DNA from: Moniliella sp. 'wahieum'
Lineage: Eukaryota
Assembly: GCA_003971905.1 (NCBI GenBank)
Contig: RSEE01000159.1
Location: 62,001-95,998 of the forward strand
DNA: 33,998 nt
Direction: 5' to 3'
Shown piece by piece: positions 33,060 through 33,998 of the stretch. Numbering within the stretch: the first letter of the stretch is position 1; the number at the start of each line of letters is the position of its first letter. The notes under the pieces were generated by a model, which made no database searches, had not been told where the DNA came from, and worked only from the letters and a program-made list of their open reading frames with translations. A program made the translations under genes and the position numbers.

Positions 33060-33998
33060 GCCAGGCGTTTCCCCAGCGTCCTTCGCCTTCTGTCCGATTT
33101 TGAGAATGGCGTGTGCGACGTGGCCAGCTTAAGTACCAAGTTCGTCGACTTGCTTCGAGTCATCCGAACCTCATTTCCAAGTTCCATGTACTTCTCGCTC
33201 CTGCCGATTCCAATGACGCTGTGTCCCCTGCCCACTGCGCTACGCTCTGTCCGAACCCTGCGACACTTTTTACGCCACCTATCCCACTCCCTCTACCGCA
33301 GCTGGCATGATGGAGGTGCGCCCCGCCGTGTTTTGGGAACAGGTCCGACAGGTCTGGGCGATCCTTCGGTGTACACCGAGTTCCTTCAGCTTGTCCATCT
33401 GTACTCACAACACACGATTGATCTACCCACCTTCCTCGACCGGTCCGCAGCGTTTCTTGGAGGGGACCCAGACTTATGGGGTACATTGGTATCTCTCGTG
33501 TCTTCTTCACCTCCTCAAACCACTATCCTCCCCGATTGAGCGTCTTAATCCTTCGTACCAGTTCCTCTCGGATTCTCGCGAACGCGCAGCCAAGTGCAGC
33601 GGCGGAGAGACGCACTGTAACGAAGTATTGAACGACGAGTGGTTTGCGGACCCTATTGCGTGGACGGATGGAGATGCGCTGGAGCCGTTCCGCAAAATTG
33701 GGCCGAGGAAGCTCTGTTTCGCACCGAAGAGGAGCGACATGAACTGATTTTTATCTCAACCGTCATTCGGCGAGCCATTCCTTTCTTCAAACAGTTTATC
33801 ATCTCATCGACGCCCTTCCGCTGAACGAGCAAGCGAGATATACTCTTTCCCCGACTTGGATCCCGGAGCTCGAACTGCATACATTGTCACGATCAAGAAA
33901 GTCTATGGGCCACACAGTTTGGCCCGGCGGTGATTGACGCTCTCCATTTCACCTGCACAGACATCCCCACAATTTTGTCCCGGTTGCAAAAAAAAGGA
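33060..33998 (+). CDS. Divergent Sin3-like corepressor (PAH domain plus HDAC-interacting domain); runs off the window end, start uncertain
   Basis: PAH3-like FWEQVRQxLGDPSVYTEFLQLVHLYSQHTID..FLDRSAAFLGGDPDLW. HID-like PSYQFL..KCSGGETHCNEVLNDEWFADP..RKNWAEEALFRTEEERHE. Confidence 0.8.

Noticed and set aside
433..33998. Pseudogene cluster, programmed frameshifting or insertional RNA editing as the cause of the broken ORFs
   Set aside because: The indels hit unrelated housekeeping genes, favour homopolymers and share no slippery motif, so sequencing error is far more parsimonious.
1..33998. tRNA, rRNA, snRNA genes or transposase/reverse-transcriptase ORFs
   Set aside because: I recognised no diagnostic motifs by eye. 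A covariance-model search would be needed to exclude divergent ncRNAs.

Overview
Gene-dense, GC-rich eukaryotic nuclear DNA, most likely a basidiomycete fungus. It has short spliceosomal introns with GTRCGT/GTATGT donors, CTRAC branch points and YAG acceptors. I can support about 12 protein-coding genes: CDC7 kinase, mitochondrial uL13, NDUFA13/GRIM-19, a DUF3429 membrane protein, an Axl2-like cadherin-domain membrane protein, a secreted Ayg1-like alpha/beta hydrolase, a Nudix hydrolase, a two-RRM protein, CWC21, an ankyrin protein, probable APC5 and a divergent short Sin3-like gene. There is also one candidate small ORF. Almost every gene is broken by 1-2 bp indels, many in homopolymers, which points to an unpolished long-read assembly rather than pseudogenes. 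The most unusual signal is non-coding: intergenic DNA is strongly enriched in the 10-bp motif TNA-[4-bp palindrome]-TNA. I counted about 29 intergenic copies by eye with 10 different central palindromes, sometimes chained at a 7-bp period with different cores in one chain. A second unusual element is a twin-hairpin (T-shaped) structure followed by iteron-like direct repeats at 6345-6495. Gene calls come from recalled family motifs, not database searches, and gene boundaries are approximate.
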